From Bryobacterales bacterium (GTDB lineage: Bacteria; Acidobacteriota; Terriglobia; Bryobacterales; UBA6623), in the NCBI GenBank assembly GCA_963422375.2, contig OY729427.2, positions 1,408,001 to 1,472,000 on the forward strand: a DNA stretch of 64,000 nt, given 5' to 3'. The notes beneath the pieces are model-generated. The model was not told where the DNA came from, ran no database searches, and saw only the letters and a program-made list of their open reading frames with translations. A program made the translations under genes and the position numbers. Below are positions 1-9,530 of this stretch, one piece after another. Positions within the stretch are counted from its first letter, which is position 1, and each line of letters starts with the position of its first letter.

Positions 1-960
1 GGTGCCGTCGCCGGACCGCGCCACGTGCGGCTCGACATCCGGCAGGGGATTGTCGGTGAGCCGGTGCTGCGGGCCCCACTCGTCGTCCTCCCAAGCCATC
101 GCGTAGACGTCCCAGTTCCCCGGTCCGTCCGCTGACGGGCGCTGCGAGTAGATCAGCCAAGGCTTGTCGGACGCGTCGATCACGACTTGCGGGCGCCAGA
201 GATCCTCGGCTGCCCGCCCGACAGGAATCAGACGCGACCAGCGGCCCTCGCGGTAGCGGCGGAAATTGAGCTCCTCGCGCCGGTCGTGGTAGCTGTACCA
301 AGTCGCGAACAGGCTCCCCTCGGAATCCGCGGCGACCGCGGGCGAGTCGTGCTGACGCAGCTCCGTGCCGGACAGGTCGGTCCCGGGCGGCGTCCGCTGG
401 ATGGCGACGCGCCCGCCCAAGGCCCGGGTCCAAGGGCCGAACTCGAGCGCCATCGGCTTGAAGCTGAAGTCACCCTGGGCCGTCGTCACCTCGACCGACG
501 TCGCGGTGCTGCCGCTGCCGCGCACCCACATCCCCTTCGGCATCGGCTCCTCACTATATGCAGGCTCAGGCCCGGGCACGACGGTGGACCGAAGCATGAC
601 GCGCACGTCCTGCGTCCGGAGCTTCCAGCCCCCCTGCGGGAGAATGCGGTCGGGAGGCTCCTGCCGGTGCGGATCGATGCCGAGAATCTCGCCTGCCCTC
701 ACCGACAGGCTGCCGTCCCATGCCTCGCCCGCCGGGTCGTCGACGCCGAAGAGGATGAGCACCTGCCACATGTCGGCCTCGCGGGTCCCGCCCGGGTGCC
801 ACGTGAAGTTGTCCAGGAATCCAGGCGTGGCTGCCGCCGTGGCACCCGACTGCACCTGCGCGGCCCGCTGTGCCGCTGACGGTGCGACCGCCAGCGTCCC
901 GGCCAGCGCGGCCAAGACGGCCCGTCGCAACCCCGCTCGACAGGTTGGGCAACGCTGCAC
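1..960 (-). CDS. Large secreted hypothetical protein; only the N-terminal 320 aa are present, and the ORF runs off the left edge
   Basis: Manual translation from GTG at 960 is open to base 1: signal-like RRAVLAALAGTLAVAPSAAQ, then beta-rich segments (DLWRPQVVIDASDKPWLIYS, GNWDVYAMAW, DVEPHVA). It is missing from the ORF track because it has no stop in the window. Confidence 0.7.
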   Translation of the reverse strand, partial: MQRCPTCRAGLRRAVLAALAGTLAVAPSAAQRAAQVQSGATAAATPGFLDNFTWHPGGTREADMWQVLILFGVDDPAGEAWDGSLSVRAGEILGIDPHRQEPPDRILPQGGWKLRTQDVRVMLRSTVVPGPEPAYSEEPMPKGMWVRGSGSTATSVEVTTAQGDFSFKPMALEFGPWTRALGGRVAIQRTPPGTDLSGTELRQHDSPAVAADSEGSLFATWYSYHDRREELNFRRYREGRWSRLIPVGRAAEDLWRPQVVIDASDKPWLIYSQRPSADGPGNWDVYAMAWEDDEWGPQHRLTDNPLPDVEPHVARSGDGT

Positions 961-1111
961 GGCTGATCACCTCCGGGCCGGCGACCGACAGTTCCGCTCG
1001 CGCACCGGGAACCGGCCCGCCGGACGCGCCGATTGTACCCCGCCAGCGATGGGGCAAGCGCCCGGCCCCGAGCCGAACGGAAGGAGGCGGCGGCGCGAGG
1101 TGCGTCCCGGC

Positions 1112-2239
1112 CTACAGGCCGGTTTCCACCCAGGCCTTTCGGGCGGCCGACGTCTCGATGGCATCAAGCACCCGCTGGACAGCCGCACCGTCATCAAACG
1201 TGGGCCGAGCCGGCGTGCCCGAGTCAAGACCCTCGAGAAACGCCGCCAAGGAGCTGATGAAGGTGTGCTCGTATCCGATCGGATGTCCGGTCTTCCAGTA
1301 GTGCGGGTCGCCAGGCGGGCCGGGCGAGGGCGCGAGGACCTTGCGCCGACCGCGCAGGACGGGGTCCCCGCCGGCGTCGGCGTACTCCAGCCGATTCATG
1401 TCCTCGAAACGAAAAGCCACCATCCCGCGCTCGCCATGCACCGCGAAGCCGTTGTCGTTCTGGTAGCCCGTGGCGAAGCGCGTCGCCTCGAAGGTGCCCA
1501 GCGCCCCGCAGGCGAAGCGCGCCTGCACGAGCACGGCGTCGTCGATGTCGACGGCATACGTCCGGCCCGGACGGGTCGGATCTGGCTTCTCGGGAAGGAA
1601 CGTCTCGAGGGTCGCGCCCACCTCCCGGACCGGGCCAAGAAGCATCATGGCGGTGTCGAGCAGGTGGGAATTAAGGTCGCCGTTCACTCCCGACCCTGCG
1701 GTTCGCCTCGCCATCTTCCAGTTCCGCGGACGGCCGGGGTCGGGCCCCCATTGCTGGAGGTACTGCGCCCGGTAGTGGTAGATCCGCCCCAGGGCGCCCT
1801 CGGCCAGCAGGCGCGCGGCCAGCTCGACGGCCGGGACCCTGCGGTAGTTGAACCACACGAAGGTGGGCACGGCGGCGGTCGCCGCGGCCATCGCCCGGGC
1901 CTCCTCGAGAGTGCTGGCGAGCGGCTTCTCGCAGAGAACCATCTTGCCCGCCCGGGCCGCGGCGACCGCCATCTCGGCATGCAGGTAGTTCGGGGTGCAG
2001 ATGTCGACGAGGTCGATGTCGGGACGGTCGACCACCCGTCTCCAATCGGTCTCCGTCTCGTCCCATCCCCACGCCCGGGCCAAGGCGTCGAGCCCGGAGC
2101 GTCCGCGTCCGCAGACGACCTTGCGCCGTACTCCTCGGACATGCGGGAAGAAATGGCCCACTTGGGCGTAGGCGTTGCTGTGCGCCTTGCCCATGAAGCC
2201 GCAGCCGATCATGGCGACGTTGAGCGGTGCCCGAACCAC
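1112..2239 (-). CDS. Gfo/Idh/MocA family NAD(P)-dependent oxidoreductase
   Basis: Rossmann AMIGCGFMG, DICTPNYLH, VLCEKPLA and GDLNSHLLD motifs. Confidence 0.92.
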   Translation of the reverse strand: MVRAPLNVAMIGCGFMGKAHSNAYAQVGHFFPHVRGVRRKVVCGRGRSGLDALARAWGWDETETDWRRVVDRPDIDLVDICTPNYLHAEMAVAAARAGKMVLCEKPLASTLEEARAMAAATAAVPTFVWFNYRRVPAVELAARLLAEGALGRIYHYRAQYLQQWGPDPGRPRNWKMARRTAGSGVNGDLNSHLLDTAMMLLGPVREVGATLETFLPEKPDPTRPGRTYAVDIDDAVLVQARFACGALGTFEATRFATGYQNDNGFAVHGERGMVAFRFEDMNRLEYADAGGDPVLRGRRKVLAPSPGPPGDPHYWKTGHPIGYEHTFISSLAAFLEGLDSGTPARPTFDDGAAVQRVLDAIETSAARKAWVETGL

Positions 2240-2325
2240 GCCAGCAGCCTATCATCCGCAGCGATCGGATCGGTCCGCTCCGCAAGGAGCGCTAGGCGCG
2301 ATCGCGTGCAGGAAGTTCTCGCGGT

Positions 2326-3807
2326 TCACGCGGGCGGCAGCGACGCGAGCCTGCCGGCCGCATCCTCCCAGTCGGCCACCGTGGCGGGATTCGGCTCGTA
2401 ACGCGCCAGCCCGAACGAATTGCGGACGACCTCCCGACCTTGCGCCAGGTCCCCGATCCGACCGGAGGCGATGGCCTGCATCAGGCAGTTCCCGGCAGCC
2501 GTCGCTTCGACCGGGCCGGCAACCACGGGAATGCCGCAGGCGTCCGCGGCGAACTGGCACAGCAACCCGTTGCGGGACCCGCCGCCCACCACGTGCAGCA
2601 CGCGGGGCCTCCGGCCCGTGATCTGGGCCAGGTCAGCCAGCACGCTGCGATAGCGGAGCGCCAAGCTCTCGAAGATGGCCCGCGCGAACCGGCCGGTCGA
2701 ATCGGGGGCAGGCTGGCCGCTCTCCCGGCACGCCGCGGCGATGCGGCCGGGCATGTCGCCGGGAGCGGCGAAATTCGGGGCGTCCACGTGGACTAGAGAC
2801 CGGAAGGGCTCGGCCGAGGCCGCCTCGGCCGTGATCCGCGGGTACTCGACGGCGATACCGCGCCGCGACCATTCCCGGCGGCACTCCTCGAGCAACCAAA
2901 GGCCGCAGATGTTCTTAAGCAGGCGCGTCGTGCGACAGACGCCCCCCTCGTTGGTGAAGTTCCTTGCCAAGACGGCGGGCGTGACATGCGGGCGGTCGGA
3001 CTCCACGCCCAGCAGCGACCACGTTCCCGAGCTCAGGTAGGCCCAGTCGCCCCCGTCGGCCGGGACGGCCGCCACGGCCGATGCGGTGTCGTGAGTGCCG
3101 GGTGCGACCACTCGCATCGGCGGGACCCCGCACTGCCCGGCCAGCGAGGGTCGCAGGCCGCCCAGATCGGTGCCCGGATCGACGACTTCGCCGAAGATGC
3201 GCGTCGGCAGGCCGAGGTCTTCCAGCAAGTCGAAGGCCCATGCCCGGCGCCGCGGGTCGTAGCACTGCGATGTAGTCGCGTCGGTGAACTCGCAGGCCCG
3301 CTCGCCGGTGAACCAGTAGTGGAACAGGTCGGGCATCATCAGGATCGTGCCCGCGGCTTCCAGCGCCGGCGAGCCCTTCATCGAGAACAGCTGGAAGAGC
3401 GAATTCAGCTCCATGAACTGCAAGCCGGTGGCCTCGAAGATCCGCTCGCGCGGCACCGCGCTGAACACCTCTTGCATGGTGCCCTGCGTCCGGCTGTCGC
3501 GGTAGTGGTAGGGATTGCGGAGCAGCTCCCCGTCGCGGTCCAGCAAGGCGAAGTCCACGCCCCACGTGTCGGCCCCGAGCGAGACGGGCCGGAAGGCCGC
3601 GACCGCGCCCAAGCCCGCTTGGATTTCGCGGAACAGGCCCAGCACGTCCCAGTGCAGGCGGCCGAGCACGTCGATTGCCGGGTTCGCGAAGCGGTGCAGT
3701 TCCTTGATGGCGAGTCGCTGGCCGTCGAAGGCACCCAGCATGACGCGTCCGCTGCTCGCTCCCAGATCAATTGCAACGTAATGCTCGGACTTCACGGGAA
3801 CGCTCAC
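2326..3807 (-). CDS. rhaB: Rhamnulokinase (FGGY family carbohydrate kinase)
   Basis: AIDLGASSGR, DTWGVDFALL, YRDSRT, HDTASAV, YLSSGTWSLLG, NFTNEGG, VGGGSRN, GPVEATAAGN. Confidence 0.88.
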   Translation of the reverse strand: MSVPVKSEHYVAIDLGASSGRVMLGAFDGQRLAIKELHRFANPAIDVLGRLHWDVLGLFREIQAGLGAVAAFRPVSLGADTWGVDFALLDRDGELLRNPYHYRDSRTQGTMQEVFSAVPRERIFEATGLQFMELNSLFQLFSMKGSPALEAAGTILMMPDLFHYWFTGERACEFTDATTSQCYDPRRRAWAFDLLEDLGLPTRIFGEVVDPGTDLGGLRPSLAGQCGVPPMRVVAPGTHDTASAVAAVPADGGDWAYLSSGTWSLLGVESDRPHVTPAVLARNFTNEGGVCRTTRLLKNICGLWLLEECRREWSRRGIAVEYPRITAEAASAEPFRSLVHVDAPNFAAPGDMPGRIAAACRESGQPAPDSTGRFARAIFESLALRYRSVLADLAQITGRRPRVLHVVGGGSRNGLLCQFAADACGIPVVAGPVEATAAGNCLMQAIASGRIGDLAQGREVVRNSFGLARYEPNPATVADWEDAAGRLASLPPA

Positions 3808-3919
3808 GGCAGCGGTCGATTTTCGCGCAAGGGAGCGCCGCCGGGCAAGCCGCAGCCGTCGACTCCCGGCCTCGTCGGTCCGGGCGAGCGCGAGCGGGTC
3901 GGCCCACTACGCTGGAGCC

Positions 3920-4828
3920 ATGACTCCTGTTCCGTGGAAGGTCTCGCTGCACGGCGGCCATTCGGGCGAGTTCTGCGAGCACGCCAAGGGCACCCTCCGC
4001 GAGACGCTGGAGGCGGCCGTCGCGGCCGGCTTCGGCACCTACGGCATCTCGGAACACGCGCCGCGCTCCGAGCCGCGCTTCCTGTACGAATCCGAGCGCG
4101 CGAAGGGCTACACCGTCGAGCGCCTCGAGCGCGAGTTTGACGACTACGCGGCAGCCTCGCGGCTGCTGCAGGCCGAGTTCGGAGACCGCTTGGCCGTGCT
4201 GCGCGGTTTCGAGGCCGAGGTCGTGCCCGTGGGCCGCTACGGAGACCTGATGCGCGACCTGCGCGCGCGACACGGGTTCGACTACGTAGTCGGGTCGGTC
4301 CACCACGTCGCGGAACTGTCGATCGACGAGTCGCCGGGCATGTACAGCGCGGCCGTCGAGGCCTGCGGCGGGCTCGAGGCCCTCTTGGTGCGCTACTACG
4401 GCCTGGTGCGGGAGATGGTCGAGGATATCCGCCCCGAGGTAGTGGCCCACCTTGACCTGCCCAGGCTGTTCGCGCCGGCCGGAGCCGAACTCTCGACGAG
4501 ACGGATCCGCGAAGCGGCGGAGAGCGCGATCGAGGCCGCCCGGGCTGGCGGGTGCATTCTGGACCTGAACACCGCGGCTTGGCGCAAGGGCCTGCCCGAG
4601 CCCTACCCGGCAGCGTGGCTCGTGCGAATGGCTGCCGAGGCGGGCGTGCCGTTCTGCTTCGGGGATGACAGCCACGATGCCTCTCAGGTGGGCTCTGGGA
4701 TCCTGCGGGCCCGCGAGTACCTGCTCCGGAACGGCGTCAGTACGGTTGCGTGTCCCGTTGCGTGTCCCGAGGTTCCCGGGGACGGGCCTCCCCATCGCGA
4801 AATCGGCCTTGCGCCCGAGCCACTGTAG
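3920..4828 (+). CDS. PHP-family histidinol-phosphatase (HisJ/HisK family)
   Basis: SLHGGHSGEFCEHA, GISEHAPR, DYVVGSVHH, AHLDL, GDDSH metal-binding motifs. Confidence 0.85.
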   Translation: MTPVPWKVSLHGGHSGEFCEHAKGTLRETLEAAVAAGFGTYGISEHAPRSEPRFLYESERAKGYTVERLEREFDDYAAASRLLQAEFGDRLAVLRGFEAEVVPVGRYGDLMRDLRARHGFDYVVGSVHHVAELSIDESPGMYSAAVEACGGLEALLVRYYGLVREMVEDIRPEVVAHLDLPRLFAPAGAELSTRRIREAAESAIEAARAGGCILDLNTAAWRKGLPEPYPAAWLVRMAAEAGVPFCFGDDSHDASQVGSGILRAREYLLRNGVSTVACPVACPEVPGDGPPHREIGLAPEPL

Positions 4829-5330
4829 CTACAGGCTGCGCTGACCCGTCCGGGGCGACCGGCCGACGAAGCGGTGGCGCGGGGCGGGCTTGAAACGGCG
4901 CCTCCATCAAGGGCTGCCCGTGTGGGTCGGTTGCGCATGCGGCTCGGGTCTCGTCGGCCACGGCGACACATCCTGCATCCGGTGAGCCGCGTCTAGCAGC
5001 TGAGCCGGTTCTCTTGTTCCGAATACACACCGAACATTCTCCGTAAACCTGTGCCTAATCACCTCCCGCCATCCTAGCCAAGCCGCGTCGAACGGGTCGC
5101 GACGCGCGACCCTGCGCTTTCCATGGGAGCTGCCTGTTCCGACCGGCATCGCGGGTGGCCGGCCCGCGCGCCACCCGCGGGAAGCGGCGGTCATGCCACC
5201 GAGCCCAGCCCGCCTCGGACGCGCGCAGGTAGTACAATTGGAGGCGAGCCGGGGCGCTCCGCCCCGGCACCGCGGGGAACGTCCCGCGCGGCCGCTCTCC
5301 CGGCGGGGACGGCCCCTATCAACCCGTGCC

Positions 5331-7274
5331 ATGCTGAAGCTGTTTCAAAACCAAGGCAAGACCTTGCGATGGGTCATGGGCGGCCTGCTCTTTCTCGTGG
5401 CGGCCTCGATGGTCATCACGCTCATCCCGAACGTGTTCGGTCCGGCCGGCCCCGCGAACGCCGACATTCTCGCGGAAGTCGACGGTATTCCCGTCACGAT
5501 GCGCGACGTGGAGGTCGAGCTGCGCCAGCAGAGGGCCGCAGGCGTGCCGCCCGAGGCCATCTCAATGATGGCGGGCACCGCCATAGAGAACCTGATCGCG
5601 GAGCGCGTACTGATTTCCGAGGCCGCGGCCCTCGACCTCGTGCCCACGGAGGAGGATCTGGCCGGCTGGCTGCGCGAGTTCCTCCCCGACGTGCTCTTCC
5701 CCGACGGGAAGTTCATCGGCGCCCGCGCCTACGAGGGCTTCGTCCGCCAGCAGTTCCGCCGAACCGTCGCCGAATTCGAGCGCGAGGTGCTCTACAACAT
5801 CGCGATCGACCTGCGCCTCAGGCGCATGGTGACCGACAGCCTGGCGGTCGGCGAAGACGAGGTCAAGCGCCGCTTCCACCGCGAGAGCGACATGGCTCGC
5901 ATCCAATGGGTCGCGGTCGACTCGGACAGCATGAGGGGCGAGGTGTCCCCGACGCCGGAGCAGCTAAGAGAGTACTTCGACTCCAACAAGCTGAGGTATC
6001 GCCGTCCGGAGCGGCGCTCGCTCAAGCTGATGACCGTCGGACCGGACGCGGCGGCCGGCGAGCACGAGATCACCGAGACCGAGATCGAGCTGTACTACAA
6101 CCAAAACCAGTACCGCTTCGAGCAGCCCGAGCGGGTCCGCGTGCGGCACATCCTTTTCATGACCTTGGACAAGTCCGACGAGGAAGCCGAAGACGCGCGC
6201 CAGAAGGCCGCGCAGGTGCTGGCCGAGCTGCGCGAGGGCGCCGACTTCGCGGAACTGGCCAAGGAGCATTCCGAGGATCCCGGCAACGCCGACAACGGCG
6301 GCGACCTCGGCTGGGTCAGCCGCGGCATGATGGATCCGGCCTTCGAAGAGGCCAGCTTCACCCTCGGCGCGGGCGAGGTTTCCGCCGATCCCGTCAAGTC
6401 CCAGTTCGGCTACCACCTCATCCGCCTCGACGAGCGGGAGAGCGGCAGCGTGAAGCCGCTCAGCGAGGTGCGCGACGTGATCCGGGGCGACCTGCAGGCG
6501 GAACGGAGCCAGAACGACCGCTACGCCCTCATGGAGAGCGCCATGGAAGCGGCCCGGCAGGCGGGCACGGCCCTCGAGACCGCGGCGGCGCCTCTCGGCC
6601 TGCCGTACCAAGAGCTTCCCGCGTTCGGCCGCTCCCAGCTGCCCGCCTCGCTGCCGAAGGCAGCGGCGCTCGTGCGGGCGGTCTTCGAGCAACCTGCCGG
6701 GGAGGTCTTCTCCGTCGCCCAGGAGGAAACGCTCTACATCGGCATCGTGCCCGAGGTGATTCCCGCCCGCGACGCCTCATACGAAGAGGTCGCGAGCACC
6801 GTGAGGGGGGACTTCGTGGACACCGAGTCCGCCAACCTCGCCCGCCTGCGCGCCGAGGCACTCGCGCAGCAGGTCCGGGACGGCAAGCACGACCTCGCCG
6901 CCGCGGCTCGCGCCGCCGGCCTGCAGGCCCAGGATGGCGAGCCTGTCCGGCGCGACGGCGACCTCGGCGACCTCGGCCCCGTAAGCGCGCTGGGCGAGGA
7001 GGCTTTCGCCGAGGCAAGCGGCGAACTGCAGGGACCCGTGGCGGTGGGAAACCGCTGGATCGCGTTCCGGACGCTGGAACTGCTCCCCGCGGACGAGTCC
7101 GCGCTGGCGACGGAGGGCGAGGCCTTGCGCGAGTCGCTGCTGGCCGAGAAGCGCGACCGGATCTTCGACTACTACCGGCAGCAGAAGGTCCGGGAATACG
7201 CCGAGAGCGGCCTGCTCGTGCGCTACGGCGAGAGCATCCAGGCCTACCTGCGGTCGATGCAAAGCGCGACCTAG
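5331..7274 (+). CDS. ppiD: Periplasmic folding chaperone / parvulin-type peptidyl-prolyl isomerase (PpiD-like)
   Basis: N-terminal TM helix, SurA_N-like region, rotamase motifs VRHILF, FAELAKEHSEDPG, GGDLGW, SQFGYHLI; start set at MLKLFQ. Confidence 0.85.
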   Translation: MLKLFQNQGKTLRWVMGGLLFLVAASMVITLIPNVFGPAGPANADILAEVDGIPVTMRDVEVELRQQRAAGVPPEAISMMAGTAIENLIAERVLISEAAALDLVPTEEDLAGWLREFLPDVLFPDGKFIGARAYEGFVRQQFRRTVAEFEREVLYNIAIDLRLRRMVTDSLAVGEDEVKRRFHRESDMARIQWVAVDSDSMRGEVSPTPEQLREYFDSNKLRYRRPERRSLKLMTVGPDAAAGEHEITETEIELYYNQNQYRFEQPERVRVRHILFMTLDKSDEEAEDARQKAAQVLAELREGADFAELAKEHSEDPGNADNGGDLGWVSRGMMDPAFEEASFTLGAGEVSADPVKSQFGYHLIRLDERESGSVKPLSEVRDVIRGDLQAERSQNDRYALMESAMEAARQAGTALETAAAPLGLPYQELPAFGRSQLPASLPKAAALVRAVFEQPAGEVFSVAQEETLYIGIVPEVIPARDASYEEVASTVRGDFVDTESANLARLRAEALAQQVRDGKHDLAAAARAAGLQAQDGEPVRRDGDLGDLGPVSALGEEAFAEASGELQGPVAVGNRWIAFRTLELLPADESALATEGEALRESLLAEKRDRIFDYYRQQKVREYAESGLLVRYGESIQAYLRSMQSAT

Positions 7275-7303
7275 CAGACCGGCCAAGGCGAGAGTTCCGA
7301 ACC

Positions 7304-8593
7304 ATGCGGATGCAAGAGCTCGTACCGGTCCTGCAGGACTTCCCGGACCGCGGCCTGCCCGACGTCGCCTCGGCCGTGCGCGCGGAGATGGAGCGGGCCG
7401 AATGGACCTCGCGGGTCGCGCCCGGGAGCCGGGTCGCCGTGGGCGTCGGCAGCCGCGGCATCCGCAACATCGACGCCATCGCCAAGGCCGCGGTCGACTT
7501 CTGGAAGTCGCGCGGCGTCCGGCCCTTCATCGTGCCGGTGATGGGCAGCCACGGCGCGGCCACGGCGCAGGGCCAGGCCGACGTGCTGGCCCACTACGGA
7601 ATCGACGAGTCCCGCACGGGAGCTCCCGTCGAGAGCTCCCTCGAGGTGGTGCGGATCGGCACGACGCCCGAAGGCATCGAGGTGTCCATGGACCGTCGCG
7701 CCTTCGAAAGCGACGGCGTGATGCTGTGCGGCCGCGTGAAGTGGCACACCGACTTCGAGGGGTCGCTCGAGAGCGGCCTCCACAAGATGATGGCCATCGG
7801 CCTCGGCAAGTGGGAAGGCGCCAAGCGCTACCACAGCTGGGCGCTGCGGCTCGGGATGGGCCGCGTCATCCGCAGCGTGGGCTCGGAAGTGCTCGCCACG
7901 GGCAAGATGCTGGGCGGCCTCGCCATCCTCGAGGACGCCCGCCACAACACGGCCGAAGTCCACGCGCTCGGAGCGCAAGGCATGGCGGAGAGGGAGGAGC
8001 AGCTCCTCGCAAGAGTGAAGTCCTGGAAACCGAACTTGCCTGCAGCGGAGGTCGACCTGCTCATCGTGGACGAAATCGGCAAGGACATCAGCGGAGCCGG
8101 CATGGACACCAAGGTCGTCAACCGCGGCGGCCCGCACGGACCGAACAGCTGGACCGGCGTGCCCACCGTGCATCGCATCTACCTTCGCGACCTCTCCGCC
8201 AAGACCAGCGGCAACGCGATCGGCATGGGCTTCGCGGACATGGCTCACGCCAGGCTCGTGCAGCAGGTCGATTTTCGCTCCACCTGGGTGAACGCGCTGA
8301 CCTCGTCCGTCACGTCGCCCGGCTTCACCCCTTTGCACTTCGCGACCGACCGCGAGTGCCTCGAACGGTTGCTTCCGACTTGCGGGAAGATCGACACGTC
8401 GGAATGTACCGTCGCGTGGATTCGCAACACCCTGCAGCTGTCGCAGCTGCTCGTCAGCGAGAACCTCCTGCCCGAGCTGGCCGCCAACCCCGCCATCAAG
8501 GTGCTAGGACCGCCGGCGGCCCCGCCGCTCGACAGCGCGGGCAACCTCGCCAGCCCGTTCGATTCCCCGGCCTTCCGGCTGGCGGCAGCCTGA
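7304..8593 (+). CDS. Lactate-racemase (LarA)-like / DUF2088-type protein
   Basis: VAVGVGSRGI, PVMGSHGAATAQGQ, RVKWHTDF, KMMAIGLGK, DEIGKDISGAGMDTKV; C-terminal part of the 5123..8593 ORF. Confidence 0.72.
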   Translation: MRMQELVPVLQDFPDRGLPDVASAVRAEMERAEWTSRVAPGSRVAVGVGSRGIRNIDAIAKAAVDFWKSRGVRPFIVPVMGSHGAATAQGQADVLAHYGIDESRTGAPVESSLEVVRIGTTPEGIEVSMDRRAFESDGVMLCGRVKWHTDFEGSLESGLHKMMAIGLGKWEGAKRYHSWALRLGMGRVIRSVGSEVLATGKMLGGLAILEDARHNTAEVHALGAQGMAEREEQLLARVKSWKPNLPAAEVDLLIVDEIGKDISGAGMDTKVVNRGGPHGPNSWTGVPTVHRIYLRDLSAKTSGNAIGMGFADMAHARLVQQVDFRSTWVNALTSSVTSPGFTPLHFATDRECLERLLPTCGKIDTSECTVAWIRNTLQLSQLLVSENLLPELAANPAIKVLGPPAAPPLDSAGNLASPFDSPAFRLAAA

Positions 8594-8669
8594 GCGGCGG
8601 TTCGCAGGGAGATCAACCGGCCGCCAGAGACCACCAAGGGACCGCGGCAAGGGACCGCAAGACCGCCGT

Positions 8670-9530
8670 ATGGATCTGTTTCAGGCCATCGTTCTCGCCT
8701 TGGTCCAAGCTCTGACGGAGTTCCTGCCGATCAGCAGCTCGGCGCACTTGGTACTCGTCCGCTGGCTGCTGGGATGGGCCGATCCGGGGCTCGCCTTCGA
8801 CGTGGCGCTGCACTTCGGCACGCTGTTGGCGCTCGCGGCCTACTTCGCCCGCACATGGATCCGCATCCTGGGACTGGCGTGCGGCAGGCGGGTCCTCGAG
8901 CCGCCGGAGGACCATCCCGACCGCGACCTGTACGACAACCCGCGCCTGCTCTGGCACCTCGCGGCCGCCACGCTGCCGGCAGCGTGCGCCGGACTGGCGC
9001 TGCAGGATCTCATCGAGGCTCGCCTCCGCAGCCCTTTCGTGATCGGCTGCATGCTGATCGCGGCGGGCTGCGTGATCTGGTGGTTCGACCGCAGGGGCCG
9101 CCTGCGCAAGGGACTTGACAGCCTGCCCTTCGCCGGCGCCATGCTGATCGGCTGCGCCCAGGCCCTCGCCCTGGTGCCGGGCACGTCCAGGTCCGGCATC
9201 ACCATCGCCGCCGGCCTGGCGCTCGGCCTGACGCGGGCCGCGGCGGCCCGCTTCTCGTTCCTTCTGGCCATGCCGGTCGTGCTCGGCGCGGCGCTCAAGA
9301 CCGGGCTGGAGACGCTCGGCGGCGGCGGGATCCCGCCAGGCGAGGCCCTGCCCCTGGCCGTCGGCGTCACGGTCAGCGCGGTCTCCGGATACGCCGTGAT
9401 CGCGATGTTCCTAAGGCATTTGCAGCGCTCCACGCTGGCCCCCTTCGTAATCTACCGCTGGGCGTTTGGGATAATCGTGCTGGTTCTTGCAAGCACCTCC
9501 TGGACGGCCTTCGCAGGCGGCAGCGTGTGA
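8670..9530 (+). CDS. uppP: Undecaprenyl-diphosphate phosphatase
   Basis: VQALTEFLPISSSAHL, AQALALVPGTSRSGITI, AARFSFLL. Confidence 0.95.
   Translation: MDLFQAIVLALVQALTEFLPISSSAHLVLVRWLLGWADPGLAFDVALHFGTLLALAAYFARTWIRILGLACGRRVLEPPEDHPDRDLYDNPRLLWHLAAATLPAACAGLALQDLIEARLRSPFVIGCMLIAAGCVIWWFDRRGRLRKGLDSLPFAGAMLIGCAQALALVPGTSRSGITIAAGLALGLTRAAAARFSFLLAMPVVLGAALKTGLETLGGGGIPPGEALPLAVGVTVSAVSGYAVIAMFLRHLQRSTLAPFVIYRWAFGIIVLVLASTSWTAFAGGSV

Noticed and set aside
365..2401. Long alternative-frame ORFs (for example 365..2401, 17389..19362, the 5' part of 5123..8593, 41900..43306)
   Set aside because: They are Arg/Pro/Ala-rich shadow ORFs antisense or out of frame to clearly recognisable genes, as expected in high-GC DNA.
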